Below are positions 39,231 to 50,008 of a stretch of DNA of 64,000 bases, one piece after another (position 1 is the stretch's first letter; the number at the start of each line of letters is the position of its first letter). The notes under the pieces are model-generated. The model was not told the DNA's origin. It made no database searches and saw nothing but the letters and a program-made list of their open reading frames with translations. This stretch comes from Candidatus Omnitrophota bacterium (lineage in GTDB: Bacteria; Omnitrophota; Gorgyraeia; Zapsychrales; JANLHA01), in NCBI GenBank assembly GCA_020632555.1, contig JACKFI010000001.1, forward strand, positions 133,152 through 197,151. The letters are read 5' to 3'. The position numbers were made by a program, and so were the translations under genes.

Positions 39231-39512
39231 CTATCTTTTCTCGCTATTAGCGGGTTGGTTGATTCGATAAACCACTTCACCATTGCGAATCAGGCCCATC
39301 TTTTCGCGGCCTACTTTTTCTAAATAAATCGGGTCTTCTTCCAAGCGCCGCTTTTCTTCTAACATCTTAATTTTACGCAACTTAAGCGCCTCAATCTTGT
39401 CGCTATACTCCACATTCTTCTGTCGCAAATCTTGAAGTTTTGTATAAGACGGCAAAAAAATATAAAGAGCGAGAATCGCAAAACCAAAAAGCCAAAGGGC
39501 GTTTTTTATCAT
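39231..39512 (-). CDS. ftsB: Septum-formation initiator FtsB/DivIC-like
   Basis: 93 aa. N-terminal TM plus coiled coil. Lies downstream of eno, a common arrangement. Confidence 0.7.
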   Translation of the reverse strand: MIKNALWLFGFAILALYIFLPSYTKLQDLRQKNVEYSDKIEALKLRKIKMLEEKRRLEEDPIYLEKVGREKMGLIRNGEVVYRINQPANSEKR

Positions 39513-39579
39513 CGTAATCAGAAGTTAGAATTTAGTGGAAAATATTTTTTCCCAACTAGCCGCTAACCACCCGTTGCTA

Positions 39580-40854
39580 TTAATATATCTTGCCCCACAA
39601 AGCGCCGGCATAAACTGCTTTTTTGCCAAGCTGTTCTTCAATACGCAAAAGTTCATTATACTTGCAAAGCCGATCGGTGCGCGATAAAGATCCGGTCTTA
39701 ATCTGCCCAACGCCGGTGGCAACAGCCAAATGCGCAATGGTGGTGTCTTCTGTCTCGCCTGAGCGATGAGAAATAATCGATGTATATTTGTTCTTTTTAG
39801 CCAAATTCACGGTATCCAATGTTTCGGACAAACTGCCGATCTGATTGACTTTAACCAAAATCGAATTGGCAACGCCCCTATTAATACCGTCTTTTAAACG
39901 TTTGACATTGGTCACAAACAAATCATCTCCAACCAGCTGAACTTTCGCAGCTAATTTATCAGTCATAACCTTCCAACCGTCCCAATCATTTTCATCCAAA
40001 CCATCTTCGATAGAAACAATCGGATAATTCTTGAGCATGCTGGCATATACCGCGATCATTTCGTCAGCGGTATTAATTTTGCCATTGTAATTGTAACCAC
40101 CTTTTTTATCAAAAAAGGAAGCCGCCGCGCAATCTAACGCGATAGAAATATCTTTGCCTGGTTTATAACCGGCTTTGCTGATCGCGTCGATAATCAAAGA
40201 CAAGGCTTCTTCATTCTTGCCCAAGTTCGGCGCGAAACCACCTTCGTCACCGACGGAGGTAGAAAGTTTTTTGTCATGCAAAATTTTCTTTAAGTTATGA
40301 AAAACTTCGGTCGCCATGCGAATCGCTTCGCTAAACGTTGGTGCGCCGATGGGAGCGATCATAAATTCTTGAATGTCCAGATTATTGTCCGCGTGCAAAC
40401 CGCCGTTTAAAATATTCATCAAAGGCACCGGCAAGATGCTGGCCCGATTGCCACCCAAATAACGATACAGCGGTTCTTCCTTATCTTCTGCGGTCGCCTT
40501 GGCAACAGCCATCGAAACGCCCAAAATCGCATTGGCGCCCAATTTGGATTTGTTTTCAGTGCCGTCTAAATCTAATAAAATTTGATCGATATCTTGGAAG
40601 TCAGCCTTTTGGCCTTTGATTTTTTTAGCAATCAAGGTGTTCACATTGTCAACAGCTTTGGTAACGCCTTTGCCCATCCAACGGCTTTTGTCCCCGTCGC
40701 GCAATTCGATAGCTTCGTATTCTCCCGTCGATGCGCCTGATGGAACCGCTGCGCGTCCGAAAGCGCCGCTGCCCAAAAGAACGTCAACCTCAACGGTTGG
40801 ATTACCACGAGAATCAATGATCTGTCTTGCTTTCACTGCTTTAATTTTTGCCAT
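39580..40854 (-). CDS. eno: Enolase (phosphopyruvate hydratase)
   Basis: 424 aa. N-terminus [25 protein letters not shown] and full enolase signature. Confidence 0.95.
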   Translation of the reverse strand: MAKIKAVKARQIIDSRGNPTVEVDVLLGSGAFGRAAVPSGASTGEYEAIELRDGDKSRWMGKGVTKAVDNVNTLIAKKIKGQKADFQDIDQILLDLDGTENKSKLGANAILGVSMAVAKATAEDKEEPLYRYLGGNRASILPVPLMNILNGGLHADNNLDIQEFMIAPIGAPTFSEAIRMATEVFHNLKKILHDKKLSTSVGDEGGFAPNLGKNEEALSLIIDAISKAGYKPGKDISIALDCAAASFFDKKGGYNYNGKINTADEMIAVYASMLKNYPIVSIEDGLDENDWDGWKVMTDKLAAKVQLVGDDLFVTNVKRLKDGINRGVANSILVKVNQIGSLSETLDTVNLAKKNKYTSIISHRSGETEDTTIAHLAVATGVGQIKTGSLSRTDRLCKYNELLRIEEQLGKKAVYAGALWGKIY

Positions 40855-41031
40855 GTCGCTATCCTTTTGAAAAATAATTTATAATGAACTCTAAAAGTGG
40901 AGAAAACTGCGATTTACCTGCTTTAAGAATATGGACAAGTTATCATAGTTCCTTTTTAAAGTCAAGGTTTGTGAACTTTATGCTATACTTTAACCTGCAA
41001 TCTTAAGAGAACTTTTACCCAAGGACACGCT

Positions 41032-42720
41032 ATGAAGCGCCTCGTTATCTATCTTAAACTTTATTGGTTAAGAATCATTTTTGCCACAATCATCCTCATT
41101 GGAATATATTTCACAATACAATTTTTAATTTATTGCGTTCACAACTTTAATATGCTGGAAGATTTCAGTAAACGGCAGATTTCTGGTCAAATGGCGCTGC
41201 TTTTGCCGATGTTTGTTCTGGTCAACCTGATCGCACTACCTATTATGCTCGGGATGCAATATTATTTTATGCAAGGCGGATTGGCTGGCTCAATGGGCCG
41301 GGAAAAATTAGATCGCGAAAAAGTCAATGTTCATTGGTCAGAAGTTATTGGCATGGAAAGTGCCAAACGCGAGGCCTGGGAATTGGTCAAACTTCTCAAA
41401 GACCGTCATCTAGTCAAAGTCATTGGCGGAAAAATCATCAAAGGAACCATGATGATCGGCCCGCCGGGCTGCGGAAAAACTTATCTGGCCAAAGCCATTG
41501 CCACCGAATGCGGTTTCCCTTTTTTATCTGCCGTCGGTAGTGAATTCGTCGGAATTTTTATCGGCGTTGGTGCCGCACGCATGAAATCAATGTTTAAGCA
41601 AGCTCGCGCCTTGGCGAAGATGGAAGGCGGATGTCTCATTTTTATCGATGAAATTGATTCTTTTGCTCGACCACGCCAAGCTGAACGCGGATTCGGCGGA
41701 GCAACAGATCACAATGCCACCATCAATCAGTTTTTAACTGAACTCGATGGTTTACGAAAAACAGAAAACAATGTCGTTGTCATCGCGGCAACCAATGTGC
41801 CTGAAAATGAATTAGACCCAGCTATTATGCGGTCTGGACGCTTTGACCGCAAAATCCATATCACGCTCCCAAATCTCGAAGAACGCGTCGAGCTTTTTAA
41901 ATTTTATTTAAACCGTATCAAATGCGATGCCTCCGTCGATGCCCAACTCTTGGCAAGAAAAGCTTTATGGTTTACTCCATCGGATATTGATTCCATGGTG
42001 CGTGAAGCCGTTTTAATCGCCTTGCGAGATATCCGTGATGTTATTTCAACAAAAGACATTTCCGAAGCTTATGATCGAGTCACCTTTGGATTGAAAGCCA
42101 ATATCACTTTATCTGAAAAAGAAAAAATCTGGACCGCCTATCACGAAGCTGGTCACGCTGTCATTTCTTATCTGACGCATCCTTCTAACGACGTTATTAA
42201 AGCTTCTATAATTCCTCACAAAGGAAACCTAGGTTTTGTTTTTCAACGCCCAACGGAAGAACTGCATTCTTCTAACCGCGAACACTTACTAGCAAATATT
42301 AAAGTCAGCGTTGCCAGTTTTGTCGCCGAACAAATGAAATTCAACTCCACCTCCAGTGGTGTCGGCGGCGGCCGCGGCAGTGACTTTGATACGGCCATGC
42401 GCATTGCCCACGCGATGGTTTGGCAATACGGCATGGGCAAATCTGGCTTGCTGGGCGATTTTCATGCCATCAGCACTCAGCAAGAACTTCCCTTGGTATC
42501 CGAAAAAACAAAAGAAATTCTCGACCACGACGTACAAGACATTTTACAATCCTGCATCAAAGAGGTTCGCGAAATCCTGACAGCCAAAAATGAAATTCTT
42601 GAACACTTTGCCCAAGAACTTTTACGCAAAGGCGAATTAGAATACGATGAGATTGAAGCTATTTTCAATAAGTTCGGCGCCCGAGCGGCATCACGACCAA
42701 TACAAAGCAATGAAATATAA
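41032..42720 (+). CDS. FtsH-like AAA+ ATP-dependent zinc metalloprotease (short paralog)
   Basis: 2 N-terminal TMs, AAA+ Walker A GPPGCGKT / Walker B IFIDEID, M41 zinc motif HEAGHAV. At 562 aa it is shorter than canonical FtsH. Confidence 0.8.
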   Translation: MKRLVIYLKLYWLRIIFATIILIGIYFTIQFLIYCVHNFNMLEDFSKRQISGQMALLLPMFVLVNLIALPIMLGMQYYFMQGGLAGSMGREKLDREKVNVHWSEVIGMESAKREAWELVKLLKDRHLVKVIGGKIIKGTMMIGPPGCGKTYLAKAIATECGFPFLSAVGSEFVGIFIGVGAARMKSMFKQARALAKMEGGCLIFIDEIDSFARPRQAERGFGGATDHNATINQFLTELDGLRKTENNVVVIAATNVPENELDPAIMRSGRFDRKIHITLPNLEERVELFKFYLNRIKCDASVDAQLLARKALWFTPSDIDSMVREAVLIALRDIRDVISTKDISEAYDRVTFGLKANITLSEKEKIWTAYHEAGHAVISYLTHPSNDVIKASIIPHKGNLGFVFQRPTEELHSSNREHLLANIKVSVASFVAEQMKFNSTSSGVGGGRGSDFDTAMRIAHAMVWQYGMGKSGLLGDFHAISTQQELPLVSEKTKEILDHDVQDILQSCIKEVREILTAKNEILEHFAQELLRKGELEYDEIEAIFNKFGARAASRPIQSNEI

Positions 42721-43693
42721 CTTTCTTTTTCTTTGTTTGCTCAGCGGACTCATTTGCACGCCTTTGGCTTGTGCACCCCAAAACGTACCCCAAAAAGTTT
42801 CACTGACCTCTGCGCAGGAAAAATTTCTTAAACTCTGCCATGAAGAGCTCAAGTACGAGGTCTCCGTGTTTCCCAAGGGCAAAACGCTGTGGGTTTATGT
42901 TCCGCTGTCTGATAATATCAGCATTCTCAAAGCGGCACCCAAAAACCAAACACCGCCGGCGGATACCATAGAAAGCTGGTCCATCAATTTTCTAAAAAGC
43001 ACGTTTGAAAACAAAACATTTGTGATCAGCTATGACATTACGCCGACTAAGAAATATGATCAACCCCTAACATATAAAAATAGCTATTCCGATGAATATT
43101 CGAAGAAACAAAGAGAAGTCTTAACCGCTTTGACGCGCGCGTATTTTGATGTCGGGCAAAAGAACATCGACAGTTCTTTGACCGTTGGCAATCAAGCCGA
43201 TACGACCAGCGATAAACCCCTAGTCAAAAACATTGCCGAGGGCATTTTGCCGCCAGAGAAAGAAGCCGCGCCTCCCGAATTCTTTGTCACAATCTTTGCC
43301 GACATCAAAAACGGGGTCGCGGTAAAAACCACCAACTATTTTGAAGATATGCGCATGGCTCTCTCAAACCCGCCGGCTATTTCTAACGACGAATATGCCA
43401 AACGTTTTGTTTATGAAATATTGGGAGATGAGAAGATGATTGGCAATACAACCGGTACCAATCTAGAAATGAATGAAATCATTTTGAGCGATTTTTTGGC
43501 CAAACAAATCGAAACCCGCATCAAATACCAGTTCACGCAAAGTAATTTTCCTCCCACGGGACAAGTGCTAGATGAGATTTGGACTATCGTCGGAGAAACC
43601 TGCCGTTTGTATCAATTCAAGGATTTCGAGAAAATCAAACTCATTGACCTGCAGACTCAAAAAGAATCAACTTTCGATAAAAGCCAACTTTAG
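42710..43693 (+). CDS. Hypothetical secreted protein / lipoprotein
   Basis: Signal peptide MKYNFLFLCLLSGLICTPLACAPQ. The start was moved to the internal Met at 42710 to avoid a 74-nt overlap with the FtsH-like gene. Confidence 0.45.
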   Translation: MKYNFLFLCLLSGLICTPLACAPQNVPQKVSLTSAQEKFLKLCHEELKYEVSVFPKGKTLWVYVPLSDNISILKAAPKNQTPPADTIESWSINFLKSTFENKTFVISYDITPTKKYDQPLTYKNSYSDEYSKKQREVLTALTRAYFDVGQKNIDSSLTVGNQADTTSDKPLVKNIAEGILPPEKEAAPPEFFVTIFADIKNGVAVKTTNYFEDMRMALSNPPAISNDEYAKRFVYEILGDEKMIGNTTGTNLEMNEIILSDFLAKQIETRIKYQFTQSNFPPTGQVLDEIWTIVGETCRLYQFKDFEKIKLIDLQTQKESTFDKSQL

Positions 43694-44535
43694 AACTCCA
43701 CGCCCACTTTCATGCCGACGATAATTGAAGTATTCTCGAATTCTTGCTGTGATTTAGCCGCTTGCACGCCGGTGTGGAAAACGGGCTTCACCTCCGAGCT
43801 GTCGATGCTCCAATAATCCACGTAAGGCTCAAAAATATAATTTTTGTCACTCATTTCTTTACGAATTTGGATAGAAATTTTAAAACCATACCCGGAATCT
43901 TGGTCATTATCAACATCACCAAATAAAGGGTCCAAATCACTCAAATAGGTCGTTTGTTTGCCAGACCAAAAGAAATCATATTCTGCCTTGACTCCAGCCG
44001 ACCAACCTTTGGCTAATGGGGTATTGGTTTCAAAACCCAACGGCGTGTACAAATATTCAGAAACTCGTCGATATCCCGCATTAACTTTTTGCAATTGATC
44101 TTTCAAATAACGATAACCAATCCCGGCAAATGGCGTGATCGTCGTGTCTGAAAATATCGAAAAATCATAGCCAGCCAAACCGCGAAATTCACTGATAAAG
44201 TTTTTAACATCCTGAATCTCATAATAACGATCATCATAAAGATAACCGTTAAAATCAACTCTGCCGAAGATAATGCGGCCATCAACTTTGAGCATAACCT
44301 TGGAAAATTGTTCCACCCACGATTCTCCCCGATACGTGTACGAACCCGACAAACCATACAAAAATCCATTTTCTTCCATAGCTGTTTCTTTAAAATCGTA
44401 ATAGCCCGCCTCGGGACTTAAAGTGATGGTATGTGTTTTAGGTTCCAAAGCGTCGACCGCACCAGGAGCCAAAGCACAAACTAAAAATAATACAACAATC
44501 AATATCGCAAACCTTGGCATAATCAACCTCCTCAA
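43690..44535 (-). CDS. Outer-membrane beta-barrel protein (MipA/OmpV-like)
   Basis: Signal peptide (MPRFAILIVVLFLVCALAPGAVDA), Tyr/Gly-rich strands, C-terminal ...VGVEF. Confidence 0.55.
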   Translation of the reverse strand: MRRLIMPRFAILIVVLFLVCALAPGAVDALEPKTHTITLSPEAGYYDFKETAMEENGFLYGLSGSYTYRGESWVEQFSKVMLKVDGRIIFGRVDFNGYLYDDRYYEIQDVKNFISEFRGLAGYDFSIFSDTTITPFAGIGYRYLKDQLQKVNAGYRRVSEYLYTPLGFETNTPLAKGWSAGVKAEYDFFWSGKQTTYLSDLDPLFGDVDNDQDSGYGFKISIQIRKEMSDKNYIFEPYVDYWSIDSSEVKPVFHTGVQAAKSQQEFENTSIIVGMKVGVEF

Positions 44536-44568
44536 AAATTAAAATAAAACATACGTTGCCGTCCCATT

Positions 44569-44982
44569 TTATTGCCTGGGCAGAACAAAAAGCGGTAAAG
44601 ACGCACAATTGATTCCGTCAACGGCCAAATCAATAGAATACTCGCCGATCCTTTCAACTTTTAATCCATGAATATTAAGAATCAAATTGGCTGAACCTGT
44701 CCGTTGTTGATCAGGAAAATTCACATGAATCACTCCTGTTGTAGACGGAATAATGTGCTTGCCGTCGATATCCACAAAATTGACCGTAATGCGATGCTCT
44801 CCGCGCTCCTGATTATTAAATCGAATGCGCAAAACAACCGCGCATTGAGGATGAACTCCAGGAACTTGCTTAATCCACAACGTGTCAAACGCGCCTAAAA
44901 TATTTAATTTGCCGGTATCATTGGTCGCGGCATCACAAAGAGAAAACACTTCAATATTCATAAGCCCAAACCCTTTCTTCAA
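44569..44982 (-). CDS. Hypothetical protein
   Basis: 137 aa, no recognised motif. Confidence 0.35.
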   Translation of the reverse strand: MKKGFGLMNIEVFSLCDAATNDTGKLNILGAFDTLWIKQVPGVHPQCAVVLRIRFNNQERGEHRITVNFVDIDGKHIIPSTTGVIHVNFPDQQRTGSANLILNIHGLKVERIGEYSIDLAVDGINCASLPLFVLPRQ

Positions 44983-45234
44983 AAGTCACGGCTTGGATTA
45001 TAGCATTGAAACGAATATGAGAAAATTATTTGATCCCAAATTTTGCATTACAACACAGTGCGCGACGATACGTTGCGCACAAAAAAGTGAAATGCAAAAT
45101 TTGCCTTCGGTTCTGGTTTTTCTCGAGACATGCGGCCCTTTGGGCGAAGTTTGCTTGGCCTCGCAGAGGCGAGGCTAATGCAAAATTCGGGTTAATTACG
45201 ACAAGCATCAGGAAGAATCAACGTGCATGAGAAT

Positions 45235-45870
45235 TTATTGCGAGTTTTCTGCTTTAACTTCGGGCTTTTCTAAAATTGTGACGCGTCGGCCTTTGACTTT
45301 CAACCGCTGATCAGCCATCAAAACCACAGCTTGTGGATAAATTCGATGCTCGACACGATGGATTTTGGCTTCCAAAGTTTCTAAGGTGTCCTCTTCATTG
45401 ATCTTAACAGTATCCTGTAAAATAATCGGGCCATTGTCCATTTTTTCATTGACAAAATGCACAGTCACGCCGGTCTGCTTGACACCGTAAGTAAACGCGT
45501 CTTTAATGCCGTGAGCGCCTTTAAATGATGGCAGCAATGACGGGTGGACGTTAATAATTTTATTGGGGTACTCTTTGATAAAATACGGGGTCAATAAGCG
45601 CATATAACCGGCTAAAACAAGAAAATCAATTTTATGCTCTTTGAGCGCGATCACAATATCACGGTCAACACTTTGTCGATTGGTGTAATTGTCAGGAGAG
45701 AAGACCAGAGTTTTGATGCCAGCTTTTTCAGCACGCTTGAGACCAAAGGCTTTATCAGTGCTGGAAATGACCAAAGACAATTCAGCTTTGATCTCACCGT
45801 TTGCGACGCTATCAATAATCGCTTGCAAATTGCTGCCATTGCCTGAAATAAAAACCGCAAACTTTTGCAT
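45235..45870 (-). CDS. purN: Phosphoribosylglycinamide formyltransferase
   Basis: 211 aa. Motifs FISGNGSNLQAI and HPSLLP. Confidence 0.88.
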   Translation of the reverse strand: MQKFAVFISGNGSNLQAIIDSVANGEIKAELSLVISSTDKAFGLKRAEKAGIKTLVFSPDNYTNRQSVDRDIVIALKEHKIDFLVLAGYMRLLTPYFIKEYPNKIINVHPSLLPSFKGAHGIKDAFTYGVKQTGVTVHFVNEKMDNGPIILQDTVKINEEDTLETLEAKIHRVEHRIYPQAVVLMADQRLKVKGRRVTILEKPEVKAENSQ

Positions 45871-45974
45871 ATCAATCTCTTGTCCTTTTTGCTGACTTAC
45901 TTAAAGTACGTCAATTATGCCCTGTTTTGGTCGAAAAATCAAGGTAAGCGGATAAAAGAACTTAAAAAGAACAA

Positions 45975-47996
45975 TTAAGGACGATGTTGAAGTTTTTTCT
46001 CGAGGGTTTGCAATTGCAGTTCAATTTTTTCAAAGGTCTGATCTTGTAAGCGCATTTGATTGTTCTGCTCTTTGAGCGCGCCGGTTAGAACCGCGGTAAT
46101 GCCCATCGGATCAACACTTCTGCGACCTTCTTCAGCGACGAACTCCGGAACATCTTCGGCAATAAACCCGACGTGATGTTCCTCATGATTGACTTTATAA
46201 TTATAAGTCACAGGCTGCAATTCTTTGACCACTTCTAAAGCTTGGCGGGTATCTAATGGATAGATATGCTCTTTATACTCGCGGCTGGATAAAGTCATCC
46301 ACGTTCCAACATCGTCCAAATGCGCATTATTACCAAAATGCAAAGGGTAGGCCGGATCAGGTCGTCCAACACCAATTCGACCATTATTTTTAACCATAAA
46401 AATATCTCCAGCGGTTGCGGAGTTCTGTGAAGTCACAGCAAAAAAATCGTCCCCATTATTAATTTTTATATCTAAAATCGCACTGGGCGCAGTGTTACGA
46501 ATACCGAATTTGGGATTATTGGTACTGGGCGCAATAATAAACGCATCCGAGGCTGAAATCGAAACAGCTGATATGGAATACCCCCACACAAAAGATCGAT
46601 TTGCGCTATTAATCAAATTCATATAACGTCCTCCTGCCCATGAATAATCGCCCAAAACCGTATTATTTCGACCATTGCTAATGACTGAATAATTTCCTGA
46701 AACATCATTATTCACACCACCAACAACTATTGAAGAACGTCCAGCCCTATTATTAGCCCCTCCCCAAATAACCGCATAATCCCCAGATGTCACATTTCCT
46801 GTTCCACCCATAATCGCCGACCAAGAGCCATTAACTGTATTGCTCCTGCCTCCATCAATCACTGAATACAAACCATTCGCGGTATTGGTCAATCCTCCCG
46901 CAATAAATGAATAACTCGCCAACGCATTATTTGATTGCCCCCCGCCGACCACAGCATAAGGACCAGCTGAATTTTGACAACCGCCACTGACCACAGAATA
47001 AATACCGGGATCGTGATGCAATGTGCCGCCGGAAATAGTAAAATAATCGGCCGCAACAGTTTTGGTCGGATCCGTTAAACAATTTGGAAAAACCCATTGC
47101 GCATTATTACTACTGCCGCCGGTGATCGTCGCACCGACTCCTGCCGCAACATTACAAGAACCACTAAAAACAACATTATAATCATTTCGTGTTTGGCTTG
47201 ATTCTCCACCGACAACAGAAGCTCTCCCCTGCACATCACTTCGCTCACCCCAATTGACAGCATACTGACTGAAAACATCTGTTTTTAAACCGCCCAAATT
47301 AGCTGAATAATCTCCGGAAGCTTTTGAATACCGTCCAAATGCAACTGCAGCTAACCCACTGGCCTTAATATTGTCTTTACCTAAAGCAATTGAATAATCG
47401 CCAATATTGCCATCATTCCAAGCATCGGAAAAATCTTCTTCCCCCCAAAAATGCGTTAAATGTCCAACACGAAAAGCCGCTTTACGAGGATACCAAATCA
47501 TTTGCACCGCCCCTTCAAAACTAGACTCAGCAATAGCAGGCAAGTCAGGCAAAAGTTGGCCACTGCCCAATTGCCCCATCGCTAAAATACCGCCATCATT
47601 TTCTAAAGTCAGCTTGAATTCCGGAACAGTCGTGCCAATACCCACAAAAATATTGGGATTGGTGACTATCGCAGTTGGAAAAACATCATTGCCCGACTGG
47701 GTCCAAGAGCTTTCCAACAATGTCCATTGTCCATTTCCACTGCCATCATCAAAACAATAATGCAATTGATCTGTCCCCTGCTTAACAGACAATGTCCCAA
47801 GCGCACAAGGGGTGGATAATACTTGCGGCAATAAAGTCACTCGATCATAAGCGCCTTGCGGTGCCGGATAATATGTCGTTAATGTAAGACTCTCAGCCAA
47901 CGCAGACAAAGAACTCAATACAATCAAAGCGACGCTGATCGCCCCAATTTGAATTGAGCGTAAAAAACCATCGTCTCTGTGCTGAGCCTTTTGCAT
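45975..47996 (-). CDS. Secreted phage-tail-fibre-like protein, paralog 1 (N-terminal YYPAP module, ASGxYS/GG beta-repeats, C-terminal S74-type intramolecular chaperone domain)
   Basis: Signal peptide. N-terminal TYYPAPQGAYDRVTLLPQ…YC…VGIGT…KLTL…WYPRKAAFR. Over 15 tandem (A)SGxYSxxxGGxxN repeats. C-terminal SSREYKEHIYPLD…VTYNYK…HVGFIAEDVPEFV…MGITAVL plus a coiled-coil tail. Confidence 0.7.
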   Translation of the reverse strand: MQKAQHRDDGFLRSIQIGAISVALIVLSSLSALAESLTLTTYYPAPQGAYDRVTLLPQVLSTPCALGTLSVKQGTDQLHYCFDDGSGNGQWTLLESSWTQSGNDVFPTAIVTNPNIFVGIGTTVPEFKLTLENDGGILAMGQLGSGQLLPDLPAIAESSFEGAVQMIWYPRKAAFRVGHLTHFWGEEDFSDAWNDGNIGDYSIALGKDNIKASGLAAVAFGRYSKASGDYSANLGGLKTDVFSQYAVNWGERSDVQGRASVVGGESSQTRNDYNVVFSGSCNVAAGVGATITGGSSNNAQWVFPNCLTDPTKTVAADYFTISGGTLHHDPGIYSVVSGGCQNSAGPYAVVGGGQSNNALASYSFIAGGLTNTANGLYSVIDGGRSNTVNGSWSAIMGGTGNVTSGDYAVIWGGANNRAGRSSIVVGGVNNDVSGNYSVISNGRNNTVLGDYSWAGGRYMNLINSANRSFVWGYSISAVSISASDAFIIAPSTNNPKFGIRNTAPSAILDIKINNGDDFFAVTSQNSATAGDIFMVKNNGRIGVGRPDPAYPLHFGNNAHLDDVGTWMTLSSREYKEHIYPLDTRQALEVVKELQPVTYNYKVNHEEHHVGFIAEDVPEFVAEEGRRSVDPMGITAVLTGALKEQNNQMRLQDQTFEKIELQLQTLEKKLQHRP

Positions 47997-48011
47997 ATTT
48001 TTATCCCTGTC

Positions 48012-50006
48012 TTATTTCTCTAACCTTGTCCGCAATACTTTAATTCTTTCTTCAATCAGCTGAATCTTGTGTTCCCGTTGTTCAATTTCAGATTGTTGAT
48101 TTTGAACAACCTTGGTTAAAACGGCAACAATATCCATTGTGCTCAAAGTTTTGCGGTCTTTAACCGCAACTAAACTCGGAACATCTTCGGCAATAAATCC
48201 AATATTCGTATGATCAGGATCATTTTTATATTCAAATGTAACCGGATTTAATTGCTCAAAAGCTTGCTGGGCATCTGCTCCTGTCAGCGGAATAATATTT
48301 TCTTTAAGCTTGCGGCTAGATCCATTTTCCCAGGATCCTCCAGAACTCACATAAGCCCCATTGCCAAACTCCATTGCATAAGTAGGATTTGTTGGCATTA
48401 TTTTTTGGCTGCCAATATAACCATTTCTTTTCACAATAAAAACATCCCCAGAAGTTATTTTTCCCAAAGCCAAGAAATTATCAGCAGTTCCGTTGGCATT
48501 AACTTCTAAAACACCAACCGGATTAGTATCCCTGATCCCAACTCTGGGATTCCAAACAACTCCGCCAATCGTTCCCGGCGCAATAATAAATGCATCCGGC
48601 ACAACAATAGAAACCGCTGTATCAGAATATCCCCACGCAAAAGTTCGCTGCGCGGTACTTGTCAAATTCATAAAACGTCCCCCAGCCCAAGAATAATCGC
48701 CATCTACTATATTGTCCGTCCCACCCATGATCGTAGAATACCCGCCGTAAGCTCTGTTTCGCTCACCCCCCGCGATCACAGAATAATTATAGCTAGCATC
48801 ATTTTGCCACCCACCACCTATAATCTGGCCGAAACCTCCGCGAATCACATTCGTGCGTCCACTAGAAATAAACGAATACCTATTACCAGTTAAAATGGAA
48901 TTGCTGTCCCCACCGGAAATTCGCACATATTCACCAGCTGGACTAAACACAGAAACGTATTCACCGGTTTTATTCGCCAAGCCACCGCCAATGCTTGAAT
49001 AAGGTCCCTCAACAATATTGCCCTCACCCCCCAAAACAATAGAATAATCAGATCTGACTTTATTGTCCTTACCCCCACCAATCAGCGAATACCCCGTCGG
49101 AACACCAAAATCAGTAAAATCAATTAAATTATTAAAACCACCATTGATGTTTGAATATGGAATTGTGACACGATTTTGTGCCCCGCCGGCAACAACACTA
49201 TAAATCGCAGTGGCCTGATTATCTAAACCCCCAAGAATCGCAGAAAAATCTCCGGAAACCACATTGTTTTCTCCACCCCAAAGTGCCGCATATCGACCAC
49301 TGGCCATATTGTCCTTGCCACCGCCAACCGCTGAAAAATCCGCACTGGCCGTGTTCCTAAATCCACTGCCAACCACAGAATATAATGCACTGGCAATATT
49401 TCCATCGCCGCCGCCGATAGCTGAATAATGTCCACTGGCCCTTGTATTCTTTCCAAAAGCCGTGGAATAATTGCCGATATTCCCATTGTCCCATTGAGCC
49501 CCATCAACATAACCGGCGCGAATCGCGGCTTTACGCGGATACCAAATAAACCGGCTGCCCGCTCCTAAATTCGGCAAGGTCGCGCCACTGCCAAATGTCC
49601 CCTTAGCCATAATCCCGCCATCTTTTATTAAAGTCAGTTTTGAATCCGGCGTGTTGGTCCCAATCCCAACACGCAATAAAGGATTGCTCAAAGTATCTTT
49701 CAAATAAATATCATCATTCGTTTGCATCCAAACATCACTAAGCGCTTCCCACGCACCATTACCGCTGCCATCATTGTGACAATACTGAAGACTCCCCAAA
49801 GAATTCACATACAAAGATCCAATCGGACAAGCCGCAGTCAAGTCTGCGCGTGGCAGTAAACGAAAAGTGTCATATTCCCCTACCAATGAAGGATAATAAA
49901 TATCCATTTTCATTTCTGGGCTCGCCTGCGCAACGGGGACAAACACAAATCCCGTACAAATGAGGAGAAGAATTAGGAAAAGTTTTTTTGAATTATTTAT
50001 CATCAT
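48012..50006 (-). CDS. Secreted phage-tail-fibre-like protein, paralog 2
   Basis: Same architecture: DIYYPSLVGEYDTFRLLPR N-terminal module, beta-repeats, C-terminal SSRKLKENIIPL…NIGFIAEDVPSLV…MDIVAVL. 15-bp gap to paralog 1. Confidence 0.7.
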   Translation of the reverse strand: MMINNSKKLFLILLLICTGFVFVPVAQASPEMKMDIYYPSLVGEYDTFRLLPRADLTAACPIGSLYVNSLGSLQYCHNDGSGNGAWEALSDVWMQTNDDIYLKDTLSNPLLRVGIGTNTPDSKLTLIKDGGIMAKGTFGSGATLPNLGAGSRFIWYPRKAAIRAGYVDGAQWDNGNIGNYSTAFGKNTRASGHYSAIGGGDGNIASALYSVVGSGFRNTASADFSAVGGGKDNMASGRYAALWGGENNVVSGDFSAILGGLDNQATAIYSVVAGGAQNRVTIPYSNINGGFNNLIDFTDFGVPTGYSLIGGGKDNKVRSDYSIVLGGEGNIVEGPYSSIGGGLANKTGEYVSVFSPAGEYVRISGGDSNSILTGNRYSFISSGRTNVIRGGFGQIIGGGWQNDASYNYSVIAGGERNRAYGGYSTIMGGTDNIVDGDYSWAGGRFMNLTSTAQRTFAWGYSDTAVSIVVPDAFIIAPGTIGGVVWNPRVGIRDTNPVGVLEVNANGTADNFLALGKITSGDVFIVKRNGYIGSQKIMPTNPTYAMEFGNGAYVSSGGSWENGSSRKLKENIIPLTGADAQQAFEQLNPVTFEYKNDPDHTNIGFIAEDVPSLVAVKDRKTLSTMDIVAVLTKVVQNQQSEIEQREHKIQLIEERIKVLRTRLEK

Positions 50007-50008
50007 AT

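Noticed and set aside
39525-39737. 70-aa minus-strand ORF between ftsB and eno
   Set aside because: Overlaps the 3' end of enolase out of frame. Likely spurious.
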